DNA from: Acutalibacteraceae bacterium
Lineage (GTDB): Bacteria; Bacteroidota; Bacteroidia; Bacteroidales; UBA932
Direction of reading: 5' to 3'
Assembly: GCA_963636275.1 (NCBI GenBank)
Contig: CAVHJF010000004.1
Location: 31,802-95,801 of the forward strand
DNA: 64,000 nucleotides
The translations under genes were made by a program, and so were the position numbers. Each line of letters starts with the position of its first letter. Within the stretch, counting starts at the first letter, position 1. Below the pieces are notes generated by a model. The model did no database searches and had not been told where the DNA came from. It saw only the letters and a list, made by a program, of their open reading frames with translations. Below are positions 29,367 through 39,274 of this stretch, one piece after another.

Positions 29367-30991
29367 TAGTCGAGGAAGGTCCAGCGCAGACCGAATCCGA
29401 TTGAGAAGTTGGTAGGCTTGTCCGTGTAGATTGTCTTGACCTGAGCGTTGCTCTTGAAGTGGTAGTTTATGCCAGGCTCCACGAATATGCCCAGTTGCGG
29501 CAGGATGTTGCATTGCACACCCACGGCTGCATTCGTGGACCATTCCAACTCTTTCGGCTTGATTGAACGCTTGGTCGAATTGACATATTCGCCGTTCGTG
29601 TAGTTGTCGAGGTTAATCCTTCCTCTCACGGCCTTCTCCATCATTCCTCCCGCACTTACATAGAAGTCAACATATCTGGAACTGAAAATGTCGAATGACA
29701 GGTTCAGCGGAATACCTATATAGTTGAATGTCTGTTCTCCTTTGCTCCAAGTGCTAAGATTCTTGCCTCTCTTGATGTCTGAATTCAGGATTGCGTAGGA
29801 TATTCCGGTTTCTATTCCGAATCTCTTTCCTATGTCATATCTTACTGCCACTCCGATTTTTACCGGCATCTTATGGATATATTCCATATCGATTTCCGGT
29901 ACATTGTCGGCGAGCATATCGGTTCCCTTTTCTGAAAATTCCGGGTCAACCCAACCTGTGGAAGCATCCGGCTCCAGCGGGTTGCTGCCGAGAACTCCGC
30001 TCATACGGATTTTTTCTCTTCCGGTCGCTTCTCCTGCACCGTTGGCGAGAATGCTGGCGCTGAATATTCCACGCTTCTTTTTGGTCTTCTCCGGGTTCTC
30101 CGAGAGGTATCTTCTCCACGCATCAGCCTCGCTTTCTTCCTCGGTCAGTTCATCGGATTCTGCATTGACGATTTGCGTCTGCCCTTCAGACTCGACATTT
30201 GCCAAATGCGTATTCTCATTGTCGTAGGCGGACTGAACTTCTGGGCCGTCCGTGGAATCTGTGTTCTGCCCATCGGATGTGGCGCCTGCTAGATGAGTTT
30301 TCTCGTTTTCGTTGGCTGATTGTTCTTCAGACTTGTCCTTGGAACTGTAGCCCTGTTCTTCAGAATTAGATTTCAGAGCTTCAGATGAAGTACTGGAGAT
30401 GTTTTCAGATTCTTCTGCAACTTTGTGATTACCAGTAACTTCTTGGTTATCGACTTCCTCGCCGGCCTCGGAACCTTTGTGCGCTGTCACTCCTGCATTC
30501 TTAGAGGAAACTCCTTCGGTATTATTGTTTACTATTTTTGTGTTTTGTGTTGGAGTTTCCGTTGTTGCTGAGCCTGGCGTTGAAGTCCCTGGCGATGCGC
30601 TACCCTGCATTGTTGTTTCCGACATTGCCTTCGCAGTGTTCCCCTCTGTGGCCCCGATTCCCGAACTGCTCTCAATTGTCTGTGCTGCAGTTTCGTCAAG
30701 ATCGTCGTATTGAATTGTCGCCTTGTGATTGTCCTCGGCCGGAAGAATGTCAATGTTGTCGGCCGTCAGATTGCTACCCTTGTTGTCGGCTGCATCAAAC
30801 GCGAAGAATATACCTGTTGCCAATGCGGCTGCGGCGCAACTGCCCCATAACCATACAGGGACAGAACGCCTTCCGGACAGGCCTGCTCCGCGGCTTATTC
30901 CGGTCCATACCTTTTCGGAGGGCTGCTCTTGATAGTCAGACATTGTTTCGCGCAGTTTGTCTGTCCAATCCTGTTTAACGTCTGGTTTCAT
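29366..30991 (-). CDS. Trans-envelope anti-sigma-like protein with C-terminal outer-membrane beta-barrel (Reo-like)
   Basis: Short N-terminal domain (D..LR..M.DY...P...VW), one TM, long low-complexity linker, beta-barrel ending FGLRWTF; overlaps the ECF sigma stop. Confidence 0.7.
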   Translation of the reverse strand: MKPDVKQDWTDKLRETMSDYQEQPSEKVWTGISRGAGLSGRRSVPVWLWGSCAAAALATGIFFAFDAADNKGSNLTADNIDILPAEDNHKATIQYDDLDETAAQTIESSSGIGATEGNTAKAMSETTMQGSASPGTSTPGSATTETPTQNTKIVNNNTEGVSSKNAGVTAHKGSEAGEEVDNQEVTGNHKVAEESENISSTSSEALKSNSEEQGYSSKDKSEEQSANENEKTHLAGATSDGQNTDSTDGPEVQSAYDNENTHLANVESEGQTQIVNAESDELTEEESEADAWRRYLSENPEKTKKKRGIFSASILANGAGEATGREKIRMSGVLGSNPLEPDASTGWVDPEFSEKGTDMLADNVPEIDMEYIHKMPVKIGVAVRYDIGKRFGIETGISYAILNSDIKRGKNLSTWSKGEQTFNYIGIPLNLSFDIFSSRYVDFYVSAGGMMEKAVRGRINLDNYTNGEYVNSTKRSIKPKELEWSTNAAVGVQCNILPQLGIFVEPGINYHFKSNAQVKTIYTDKPTNFSIGFGLRWTFLD

Positions 30992-31557
30992 ATATTCTTT
31001 TTTACGTAGTCTCGTATCTTTTGCGCAAGTATTTTCCTTGCACGGTGAAATTGAGATGCAGATGTGCTTTCGGTTATCCCGAGCATTTCCGCTATCTCTT
31101 TGTGTGATTTCTCCTCGAATACGAACAGATTGAATACCGTTCTATATCCGTCGGGGAGTTCCTGTATCATTTTCTGGAGCACGGCTGGCGGGATTCCGTC
31201 GACTTGCGGCTCGTTCTCGTCATCGCTTTTGTCCGGCAATGCGTCGCTGTATTCCACGAAATTGAGTTTCTTCTGCTTTCTCAGATATTGCAGTGCCTCA
31301 TTGACCGTGATCCTGCTTATCCAGGCTTTAAGGGAACCTTCGCCTTTCCAGGTAAATGAATCAAAGGAAGAGAGTATCTTGATGAAACTGTCCTGCAGTA
31401 CGTCTTCTGCGGTATTCTTATCGGTTATATATCTGGTACACAACGCGAAAAGATATCCGGACCACGTGTCATACAGCTTTTTTACGGCTGCATTGTCGCC
31501 TCTCCGGACATCATTCACCAGTTTTTGCTCAGATTGCTTACCGATAAATAATCTCAT
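30988..31557 (-). CDS. ECF RNA polymerase sigma-70 factor
   Basis: AEDVLQDSFIKI, WISRITVN, LP.GYR.VFNL...SHKEIA..LGI.ESTS.SQ. Confidence 0.93.
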   Translation of the reverse strand: MRLFIGKQSEQKLVNDVRRGDNAAVKKLYDTWSGYLFALCTRYITDKNTAEDVLQDSFIKILSSFDSFTWKGEGSLKAWISRITVNEALQYLRKQKKLNFVEYSDALPDKSDDENEPQVDGIPPAVLQKMIQELPDGYRTVFNLFVFEEKSHKEIAEMLGITESTSASQFHRARKILAQKIRDYVKKNI

Positions 31558-31581
31558 TGGTTCTCTTCTGGGATCTGTTTC

Positions 31582-32271
31582 TTAATCTTTGCGTGTCTTG
31601 TAATCGAATGTGATTATCTTGTTGTCTCCTGAAGAAGCCTTGTATCTGACCTTCAGCTTCACCGTCTGGCCTTCAGTATCAGGAAGTTCGCTTAATCTGA
31701 ATGAAACATAAGCGTCTGATTCTATTTCTTTGAGGTCTCCTCCGTCATTGTGTCTGAATTCGACAAGGTATGGGTCCGATTCGTCAACGCCTGTGACAAG
31801 ATTTACGGTGTGCTTTACGGAACTGCTTCTGCCCCAATATGTTCTGAATCGCAATGTCAAATATCCGTCTTCGCATACTGTAGGAAAAGCATTTACTACA
31901 TCGACAACGTCATTGCCGTACTCTTCCTTGTCTTTTTCGGTTCCCTGGCTTGCTACTGTCTGCTTGGTCAGCATCTGGCGCATCCAGTTGATATATCCGA
32001 CCTGTTCTCCTTTTGTCTGTGATTCAACCTTATAATTTGTAAATGCCCTGACTTCGCTGTCGCCGAAAGGTGATTTCGTGAGGTTGCTGGGCTTTACTAT
32101 TGTGCTGTCATCCAACTGCAGGTAGAATGTGTCTCCGCTAGGTTTGACTGTTACAACTGCATTTGCAAACAATTGGTCATAAGGAATTCCATCCTGGCTC
32201 TTATCGCAAGAGTTAAATGAAACCATTGCCATTGAAGCGGCAAGGGCTATTAAAATCCTGTTCATTTTCAT
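31582..32271 (-). CDS. NigD-like lipoprotein
   Basis: Lipobox FNSC, YLQLDD, GYLTL.F, H.VNLV, EFRHN; adjacent to ECF sigma. Confidence 0.75.
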   Translation of the reverse strand: MKMNRILIALAASMAMVSFNSCDKSQDGIPYDQLFANAVVTVKPSGDTFYLQLDDSTIVKPSNLTKSPFGDSEVRAFTNYKVESQTKGEQVGYINWMRQMLTKQTVASQGTEKDKEEYGNDVVDVVNAFPTVCEDGYLTLRFRTYWGRSSSVKHTVNLVTGVDESDPYLVEFRHNDGGDLKEIESDAYVSFRLSELPDTEGQTVKLKVRYKASSGDNKIITFDYKTRKD

Positions 32272-32379
32272 AATATCGATAGTTTAAAATCAGAAATCGT
32301 ATCGCTTTCCGATTCATAAATGCTAATATACGCAAATCTTGCATTCAACAATCGATAAAATTTAGGGCTGAGGGGTAGA

Positions 32380-32421
32380 AAAATAAAAAGAGGATAATTG
32401 AAATCTTCCAATCATCCTCTT
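32380..32421 (-). terminator. Terminator downstream of tRNA-Glu
   Basis: AAGAGGAT..ATCCTCTT stem; T run on minus strand. Confidence 0.65.
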
Positions 32422-32427
32422 AATTCG

Positions 32428-32499
32428 TACTGGGTACGGGAATCGAACCCATATTGCAAGATTGAGAATCTTGAGTACTAACCGTTATACGAACCCAGC
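32428..32499 (-). tRNA. tRNA-Glu (anticodon CTC)
   Basis: Reverse complement folds as cloverleaf: acceptor GCTGGGT/ACCCAGT, anticodon arm CAAGA-TTCTCAA-TCTTG, T arm GGTTCGATTCC; CCA not encoded. Confidence 0.93.
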
Positions 32500-32669
32500 A
32501 TTTCTGCTTGTTCCGCTAGTGTTTTTGCTAACGGGAATGCAAAGGTAGACATTTTTACTGTAATTCCAAATTTTTCTTGAAAAAGTTATAGGAAATTTTC
32601 AAATTGTCGGCTTCCAGTTGCGTAATGCCTGATAAAATCTTAAATTTGAAAGATTAAGAACCTGTTAAA

Positions 32670-34091
32670 ATGACACTGATAAAATCAATATCCGGAATCC
32701 GCGGAACCATAGGCGGAAAACCGGGACAAGCACTAACTCCTGTAGATATAGTCAAATTCGTTTACGCATATTGCGCGAAACTTAAGGAAAGAAGGCCTAA
32801 AAAAGAGGGCGAGAGATATGTTGTGGTTGTCGGAAAGGATGCCCGTATGTCCGGAGAAATGGTTGAAAATGTGGTTTGCGGTACCTTGGTGGCCTGTGGC
32901 GTAGATGTTATAAGAGCAGGATTTGCATCGACTCCGACTACGGAAATGGCAGTGATACTGTCAGGTGCCGACGGAGGTCTCATTCTGACTGCATCCCATA
33001 ATCCGAAACAGTGGAATGCACTCAAGCTTCTGAATGAAAGAGGGGAGTTCCTGACAGCTGCAGAAGGACAAGCAGTTCTTGAATGTGCTGATTCAGAGGA
33101 TTTTGACTTCTCGGCCGTAGATGAATTGGGCGTCATTACTGAAGAGGATTTTACAGACAAGCACCTCGACTCGGTAATGCAGTTGCCGGCAGTTGATGCT
33201 GAGGCAATACGCAATGCACACTTTACTGTAGTGCTTGATGCGGTCAATTCGGTCGGAGGAATCATTATGCCGAGATTGCTTAAACGGCTTGGTGTCAAAT
33301 GTATAGAGCTAAATTGCGAACCTACCGGCGACTTTGCGCATAATCCGGAACCGCTTCCGGCCAACCTTGTGCAGTTGAGTGAGACCGTGGTCAAGGAAAA
33401 AGCGGATTTGGGAATTTCCGTTGACCCAGATGTGGACAGGCTTGCATTCATCTGTGAGAACGGAGAACCTTTTGTTGAGGAATATACACTTGTCAGCGTT
33501 GCCGATTATGTGCTTTCAAAGGCGAAGTCCGAGGGCGTGGAAAATCTGGTGACTGTGTCTAATCTTTCTTCGTCCAGAGCTTTGCGTGATGTTACCGAAA
33601 GTTACGGTGGGACATATTTCGCATCTGCGGTCGGGGAAGTGAATGTCACGACTCTTATGCGCGAGAAAGGCGCTTTGATTGGCGGAGAAGGCAATGGAGG
33701 CGTCATTTACCCTGCCATTCATTATGGTAGAGATGCGATGGTCGGAGTGGCATTGTTCCTCTCCAACCTTGCGTACAAGAAAATGAAGGTTTCAGAACTC
33801 AAGAAGACATATCCTGAATACCATATCGCTAAAAATAAGATAGAATTGTCCGATAAATCATTGATAGATAAGATATTGTCTGAATTGAAAAATATCTATC
33901 GCAATGAGAATGTCAACGATATTGATGGCGTGAAAATCAGTTTTGAGTCAAAGAAACAGTGGGTTCACCTCCGCAGGTCCAATACTGAACCTATTATCAG
34001 GATTTATTCCGAGGCTCCTACCGAAGCGGAAGCGGAGAAACTCGGCAATGAGGTCATAAGTGTTGCCAAAAGGATTATAAGCAACGTCTGA
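32670..34091 (+). CDS. glmM: Phosphoglucosamine mutase
   Basis: SISGIRG, TASHNP, DPDVDR, GGEGNGG, R.SNTEP. Confidence 0.88.
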   Translation: MTLIKSISGIRGTIGGKPGQALTPVDIVKFVYAYCAKLKERRPKKEGERYVVVVGKDARMSGEMVENVVCGTLVACGVDVIRAGFASTPTTEMAVILSGADGGLILTASHNPKQWNALKLLNERGEFLTAAEGQAVLECADSEDFDFSAVDELGVITEEDFTDKHLDSVMQLPAVDAEAIRNAHFTVVLDAVNSVGGIIMPRLLKRLGVKCIELNCEPTGDFAHNPEPLPANLVQLSETVVKEKADLGISVDPDVDRLAFICENGEPFVEEYTLVSVADYVLSKAKSEGVENLVTVSNLSSSRALRDVTESYGGTYFASAVGEVNVTTLMREKGALIGGEGNGGVIYPAIHYGRDAMVGVALFLSNLAYKKMKVSELKKTYPEYHIAKNKIELSDKSLIDKILSELKNIYRNENVNDIDGVKISFESKKQWVHLRRSNTEPIIRIYSEAPTEAEAEKLGNEVISVAKRIISNV

Positions 34092-34094
34092 TTT

Positions 34095-35159
34095 ATGTTT
34101 TCTTTCAGAACGACGCCTCTGGCGGATCAGCTTGACAAGGCTTTGGTTGACGGCAAAGTCGGCTGCTTCTGTACTCAGAATTGCTGGGATACAAGCACCG
34201 ACAGCTATATGTATCAGATTTTCAAGGAGCGCGGTAATCTCCAGAGGTTGTTTCAGCCGGAAGATGCCGAATTGACCCCTGGAACCAATCATATCCATTT
34301 TGATTCAGAGTCGCTGAGAGGGTTGAACGCGATTGTCGTGGAGATTCAGGACGTCGGGGCCAGGTATTTCAACTATACTAAGGACGTGCTACGTCTTATG
34401 ATGCTCCTTATGGTTATGGACGAGCCGCCTGCATTGTATATTGTTGACCATATAAATCCGGCCGGTAGAGTAGTGGAAGGCACCATTCCTACCGTTGAAG
34501 CGGAAGCATTCGTTCCGCGGGTCGCCCATAGGCACGGACTTACACTCGGTGAATTGTGCAATCTGTTTTATGCGGAAATCGGCGCGAAGTATCCTCTTCA
34601 CGTAATCTCGGCGCTGGCTCTTGATTACAATAAAGATTTGTTGCCGTGGACAATCGCTCCGGCATCTGATATTCCGGGGATGTTTACGTGCTATATGTAC
34701 AGCGGCGGGGGACTGTGGAACAATACCAATATAACGCCGGCAATCGGAACTGCACGTCCATACGAATATTTCGGTGCACCGTTCATAACTCACGGACCGT
34801 ACGACAGGCTTCCTGTGCCGGATGGGGTACTGCTCAGGCCCTGTTCATTCAAGCCGTCTGCCGGAAGATATGCAGGGGAGAAATGTTTCGGCTATCAGAT
34901 TATGCTGAAGCCTGGTGCTCAATACCATTCATTGCTCCATACGCTTCAGTTGATAAGATATTTCAAGGACGTTTATCCGGAATTTTCGCTTTCTTCCGAC
35001 TTCTACAGAAAGCTCGCGGATGATAAACTTGCATCATATCTGTCAGGAGAAATTTCTTTCCAGGATGCCAAAGAATATGTCAAAGCAGAGGAACAGAAAT
35101 GGATTCGCAAGGCCAAGCGATTCACGCTCTATGACGATCAGCCATACCGTATGAAGTAA
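34095..35159 (+). CDS. DUF1343 / NamZ-like exo-beta-N-acetylmuramidase family protein (divergent)
   Basis: EIQDVGARYFNY, RHGLTLGEL, GTARPYE.FGAP. Confidence 0.75.
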   Translation: MFSFRTTPLADQLDKALVDGKVGCFCTQNCWDTSTDSYMYQIFKERGNLQRLFQPEDAELTPGTNHIHFDSESLRGLNAIVVEIQDVGARYFNYTKDVLRLMMLLMVMDEPPALYIVDHINPAGRVVEGTIPTVEAEAFVPRVAHRHGLTLGELCNLFYAEIGAKYPLHVISALALDYNKDLLPWTIAPASDIPGMFTCYMYSGGGLWNNTNITPAIGTARPYEYFGAPFITHGPYDRLPVPDGVLLRPCSFKPSAGRYAGEKCFGYQIMLKPGAQYHSLLHTLQLIRYFKDVYPEFSLSSDFYRKLADDKLASYLSGEISFQDAKEYVKAEEQKWIRKAKRFTLYDDQPYRMK

Positions 35160-35296
35160 TGTGCGGCGTAACTGCTTGTTCCCTTTCCTGACGAAATCGG
35201 AAATGGTCGTGAATGTCGGCTAGGTAACGAGAGAAAGCATTTCAAAACTGCTTCAGGCATTTAGGTGAGGATGATTTGAATTAACTGCAAATCTAT

Positions 35297-36175
35297 ATGA
35301 ATAAGAAAGTTATCGGAATTGGTGAGACTGTATGGGATGTTTTTCCGACCGGGAAGCGTCTGGGTGGTGCGCCGGTGAATTTTGCATTTTTCGCAAAGGA
35401 GTTCGGGGCGGCTGCATATCCTGTTTCTGCCGTCGGCGATGATGCTTTGGGTGACGAGACTATGTCGGCGCTTGAGGCTACCGGTCTTGATCTCGGTTAT
35501 ATCCAGCGGAATACTAGTCCGACCAGCCGTGTTCTTGTCAAGATGGATGATGCCGGTGTGCCTCAATATGATATTGTAGAGGGAGTTGCGTGGGATTCGA
35601 TGACTGTCGATGGCCGAACTCTCGAGTTGTTGATCGATGCCGACGTGGTTTGCTGGGGGACATTGGCGCAGAGGAGTCCGCAGTCTCACGAAAGTATAAT
35701 GAAGATGGTGGCGGTAGTGCCTTCGAGTTGTCTAAAGGTCTTTGACATAAATCTGCGCCAGGGGTATTATTCGCGTGAAATAATAGAGGAGTCGTTGAAA
35801 TATGCTGATGTCCTTAAGCTCAATGAAGACGAACTGCCTATAGTTTCGGAGCTGTTTTCGGTGGAAGGTGATGCCGGGATGCGCATCGGTGCGCTTATAC
35901 GGATGTTCTCTCTAAGCAGTGTGATTTATACTCAAGGTTCTGTCTGCAGTGAAGTTTATGGCGCCGAGGGCCTTCTTTCTCAACTGGCGACTCTAAAGGT
36001 GGATGTTGTGGATACCGTCGGAGCAGGCGATTCATTTACAGCTACTTATGTTATGGCAAGACTTAATGGCGCTTCCGTTTCAGATGCGCATAGCCTTGCC
36101 GTGAAAGTGTCCGCCTTCGTCTGCACCCAGCACGGCGCAATCAATCCGCTTCCGGAAGACCTGAAGATTCGGTAA
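35297..36175 (+). CDS. PfkB-family carbohydrate kinase (fructokinase-like)
   Basis: GGAPVNFA, FDINLR, KLNEDE, DTVGAGDSF. Confidence 0.92.
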   Translation: MNKKVIGIGETVWDVFPTGKRLGGAPVNFAFFAKEFGAAAYPVSAVGDDALGDETMSALEATGLDLGYIQRNTSPTSRVLVKMDDAGVPQYDIVEGVAWDSMTVDGRTLELLIDADVVCWGTLAQRSPQSHESIMKMVAVVPSSCLKVFDINLRQGYYSREIIEESLKYADVLKLNEDELPIVSELFSVEGDAGMRIGALIRMFSLSSVIYTQGSVCSEVYGAEGLLSQLATLKVDVVDTVGAGDSFTATYVMARLNGASVSDAHSLAVKVSAFVCTQHGAINPLPEDLKIR

Positions 36176-36411
36176 TTAATACTGCTATGATGCCAAGACT
36201 TAAATAAATCGTTGGCGCAGTGCTACATGATTTCGTCTTCTGCTCTTCCTAGCTTTCCTAGAATGTAATAGAAATTCCTTACTAATCGAGTTTAGGAATG
36301 ATACTCTTGTAACATCTATATATACAAAAGTTTAATCGCTAGCAATCTTAATTGATAATTCATTGAAAGTTGATGATTTATAATGGATTAAGGCGGTGAA
36401 AATTAATTTGT

Positions 36412-36484
36412 AATCCGATAATATTAAGATTTTGCCCTGAAATAATCCGATAAATATTGAATTTTAGGGTTGTTAAATCCGATA
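36412..36484 (+). repeat. Three AATCCGATA direct repeats at exact 32-bp spacing
   Basis: Copies at 36412, 36444, 36476. Confidence 0.8.
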
Positions 36485-36701
36485 TTTTCGAGATACTTGA
36501 AATTATCGAATTTTGTCCTTGTGCCGGACTGACGCAGAAAAGTAGACACGGAAAATAATTTTTGGCGAAAAGCAATTACAGATTTCGAACCGTCCTAAAT
36601 CAAATGAATAAATAAGAATATAGAAATTATATGCGTTTGTGTCTACATTTACAAAACGATGGTATGTGACTAACCATTCTTTAATTTCTAACATTCAGTA
36701 A

Positions 36702-37290
36702 ATGAATAAGTTATATAAACGGGGGGCGAAGAATACTAGGAGTCTTTTGTCCGTTTCTTCTCTTCCTGTTAAGTGCTTTTTCCGCCGATGCGCAGCATGT
36801 CGCCATCTCTACTAATGCGCTTCAATGGGCCAATCTCGGAACGATGAACGCTAATGCGGGTATTAGTGTTTCTCGTCATCTCTCTCTTGAGGTTGGTGCT
36901 CGATATAATCCTTTTACATTTCATAAGTCTTCTGGTTTAATGATCAGAAATAAACAAACTACAGCGTATGCCGGAGTACGTTGGTGGCCTTGGTATGTCT
37001 TTTCTGGCTGGTGGGTATCCGGACGTGGACAGTATTCCAAATTTTCAGATACAGGATTATGGAGATATGCTTTAAATGAAGGCTCCGGAATTGGGATGGT
37101 GCTTTCTGGCGGATATACTCTCATGCTGAGCAGAAAAATTAATATGGAATTTAGTGTGGGAGGTTGGGTCGGTCAGTATATAGATCATAAACTATATCAT
37201 TGTCCTCTATGTATGGAAAGAAGAAACTCGGGCCCTAAGGGGTTTATTGCTCTTGACGATGTAGCTGTCTCATTCGTATATATGTTTTAG
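36702..37290 (+). pseudogene. DUF3575-like outer-membrane beta-barrel gene, frameshifted at a G6 tract (possibly phase variable)
   Basis: The 36844 ORF extends upstream as RRILGVFCPFLLFLLSAFSADAQHVAISTNALQWANLGT without an ATG; ATG 36702 joins it only with G5 or G8 at 36721. Confidence 0.65.
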
Positions 37291-37294
37291 AAAA

Positions 37295-39274
37295 ATGAAA
37301 AGACCAATCATTGCTTTGCTTATGCTGCTTATGTTAGTGGCATGCGGAACACAGAAAAAACTTCAGAAACTCCGAAAAGGGGAAACTGAACAAGTAAAAT
37401 TGGCTTTGGGGGAACAAGCAGACTATTTACCGGAAGTAGATACTACATCTCACATTTCTCAAGATACTTTGAAGGTAAAGGATGATGAAGGACGAGAAAT
37501 GATATTGATGAAAGCGGTGAAAGATGAAGAGACAGGAGAAATGGTTGCCGCAGAAGAACTTGCACCAGTAACTATTACAGCCCGTTTCCGAAATGTGGCA
37601 GAACGAAGCGGAAAAGTGGATTTGGCGTTTCAAGTGATAGTGCCTCAATCTATGCGCGACAGCCATTGGCAACTCCGATTTAACCCGAAAATGTACGTAC
37701 TTGGTGATAGTCTTGATCTGGCTCCTGTGATTATTACCGGGTCCGCATATAGAAAAGCTCAAATGCGAGGATATCAACTTTACGATAAGTTTGTGTCAAG
37801 AATTGTGCAGGATTCTACGAAGTTTATCAATGTCAGGCAGTTGGATATTTTTTTGAGGAGGTATATTCCCTCTGTGTACTCTTTTAAATCTGATACATCT
37901 TATGTTTCTGAGAAGGAATTTTATTCTGCATACGGATTAAGCGAAAGACAAGCTGTAGAACATTACACGAATAAATTCGCGAAAGCCGTTAATGAACGGA
38001 GAAAATCCCGTCAAGACAAAATGTATCGTAAATACATTAAAGTTCCGATAGTTACAGAAGGAATACGTTTGGATACCGTTATGAGTGGTGAAAATGGCGA
38101 TTTTATATACAATTACGTTCAAACAATAAATACAAGACCGAAACTGAGAAAGGTCGATATTGCTTTGCAAGGCGAAATAATGGAGCAAGATGAGTGTATT
38201 TATAAAATTCCGGACAGTAAACCGTTGACATTTTATATCAGCTCGATTTCTGCATTCGTGGATGAAACAGAGAGGTATCTAACTAAAATTATATGGCGAA
38301 AAGCAACTGCTGACACTGAAAGTAAAATAGAATTTGAGGTAGGCAAGTCGGATGTTATTGAGAGCCTCGGTAATAATTGGCGAGAAGTGTCTCTGACAAA
38401 GCGAACTCTTGCGTCTTTAGTTGACAATACTGTATATGATCTGGATTCTATTGTAGTAAGCGCAACTGCATCCCCAGAAGGAACATACAAAGCAAATGCA
38501 TATCTCGCGCAACGTCGTTCGGAGGCTGTATCTGCATATTTTGGTAAATATGTTAAGACCTATCGAGACTCACTGCTTGTTGAAAGAGGGATTTTCGCGG
38601 AAATAGGGAATGATACAATGCATGATTCTTCTGATAGCCTTGCAGATATCGTATTTACACCCAGGTCTATTCCCGAAAATTGGGATGAACTGTATAGTCT
38701 GGTGCGGGATGATATTGTTATGAATGATGGACTAAAAGAGGAATTTAAGCTAATATGCGAGTCTGAACCTGATTTTGATAAGAGAGAGCAGAAACTGCAG
38801 CATTGCCAATTTTATAAATATATGAAAGATAACTTGTACCCGCAATTGCGTACGGTAAAGTTTAATTTTTATTTACATCGAAAAGGCATGGTAAAGGATA
38901 CTGTGCATACGACAGTAATAGACTCAACGTATATGAATGGAGTTCGCGCGTTGAAAGATATGGATTATAGGACTGCACTGTCTTTGCTTTCCCCGTATGC
39001 TGATTTCAATGCGGCTGTTGCGAATATGGGAATGGAAAGGAATGCTACAGCGATGCAGATTCTAACCTCAATGCCACCTGATGATAAGGTTAATTATCTT
39101 CTCGCGATACTTTACTCGCGTTCCGGAGATTTTCAAAATGCAGTAGAGCGCTATTTGCAAGCATGTAAACAAAATCCATCCTATGTGTTTCGTGGAAATT
39201 TGGACCCAGAGATATCTATGCTAATCAAAATGTATAACCTTAATTCTCAGGAAGATGACGCGGTATTTCAATAA
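37295..39274 (+). CDS. Lipoprotein with degenerate OmpA-like domain and C-terminal TPR-like helices
   Basis: Lipobox LVAC; F.VGKS...SATASPEG...N..LAQRRSEAV; NYLLAILYSRSG..A...Y. Confidence 0.7.
   Translation: MKRPIIALLMLLMLVACGTQKKLQKLRKGETEQVKLALGEQADYLPEVDTTSHISQDTLKVKDDEGREMILMKAVKDEETGEMVAAEELAPVTITARFRNVAERSGKVDLAFQVIVPQSMRDSHWQLRFNPKMYVLGDSLDLAPVIITGSAYRKAQMRGYQLYDKFVSRIVQDSTKFINVRQLDIFLRRYIPSVYSFKSDTSYVSEKEFYSAYGLSERQAVEHYTNKFAKAVNERRKSRQDKMYRKYIKVPIVTEGIRLDTVMSGENGDFIYNYVQTINTRPKLRKVDIALQGEIMEQDECIYKIPDSKPLTFYISSISAFVDETERYLTKIIWRKATADTESKIEFEVGKSDVIESLGNNWREVSLTKRTLASLVDNTVYDLDSIVVSATASPEGTYKANAYLAQRRSEAVSAYFGKYVKTYRDSLLVERGIFAEIGNDTMHDSSDSLADIVFTPRSIPENWDELYSLVRDDIVMNDGLKEEFKLICESEPDFDKREQKLQHCQFYKYMKDNLYPQLRTVKFNFYLHRKGMVKDTVHTTVIDSTYMNGVRALKDMDYRTALSLLSPYADFNAAVANMGMERNATAMQILTSMPPDDKVNYLLAILYSRSGDFQNAVERYLQACKQNPSYVFRGNLDPEISMLIKMYNLNSQEDDAVFQ

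Noticed and set aside
36412..36484. Possible CRISPR array
   Set aside because: Repeat only 9 bp with a 32-bp period, three copies, no cas genes
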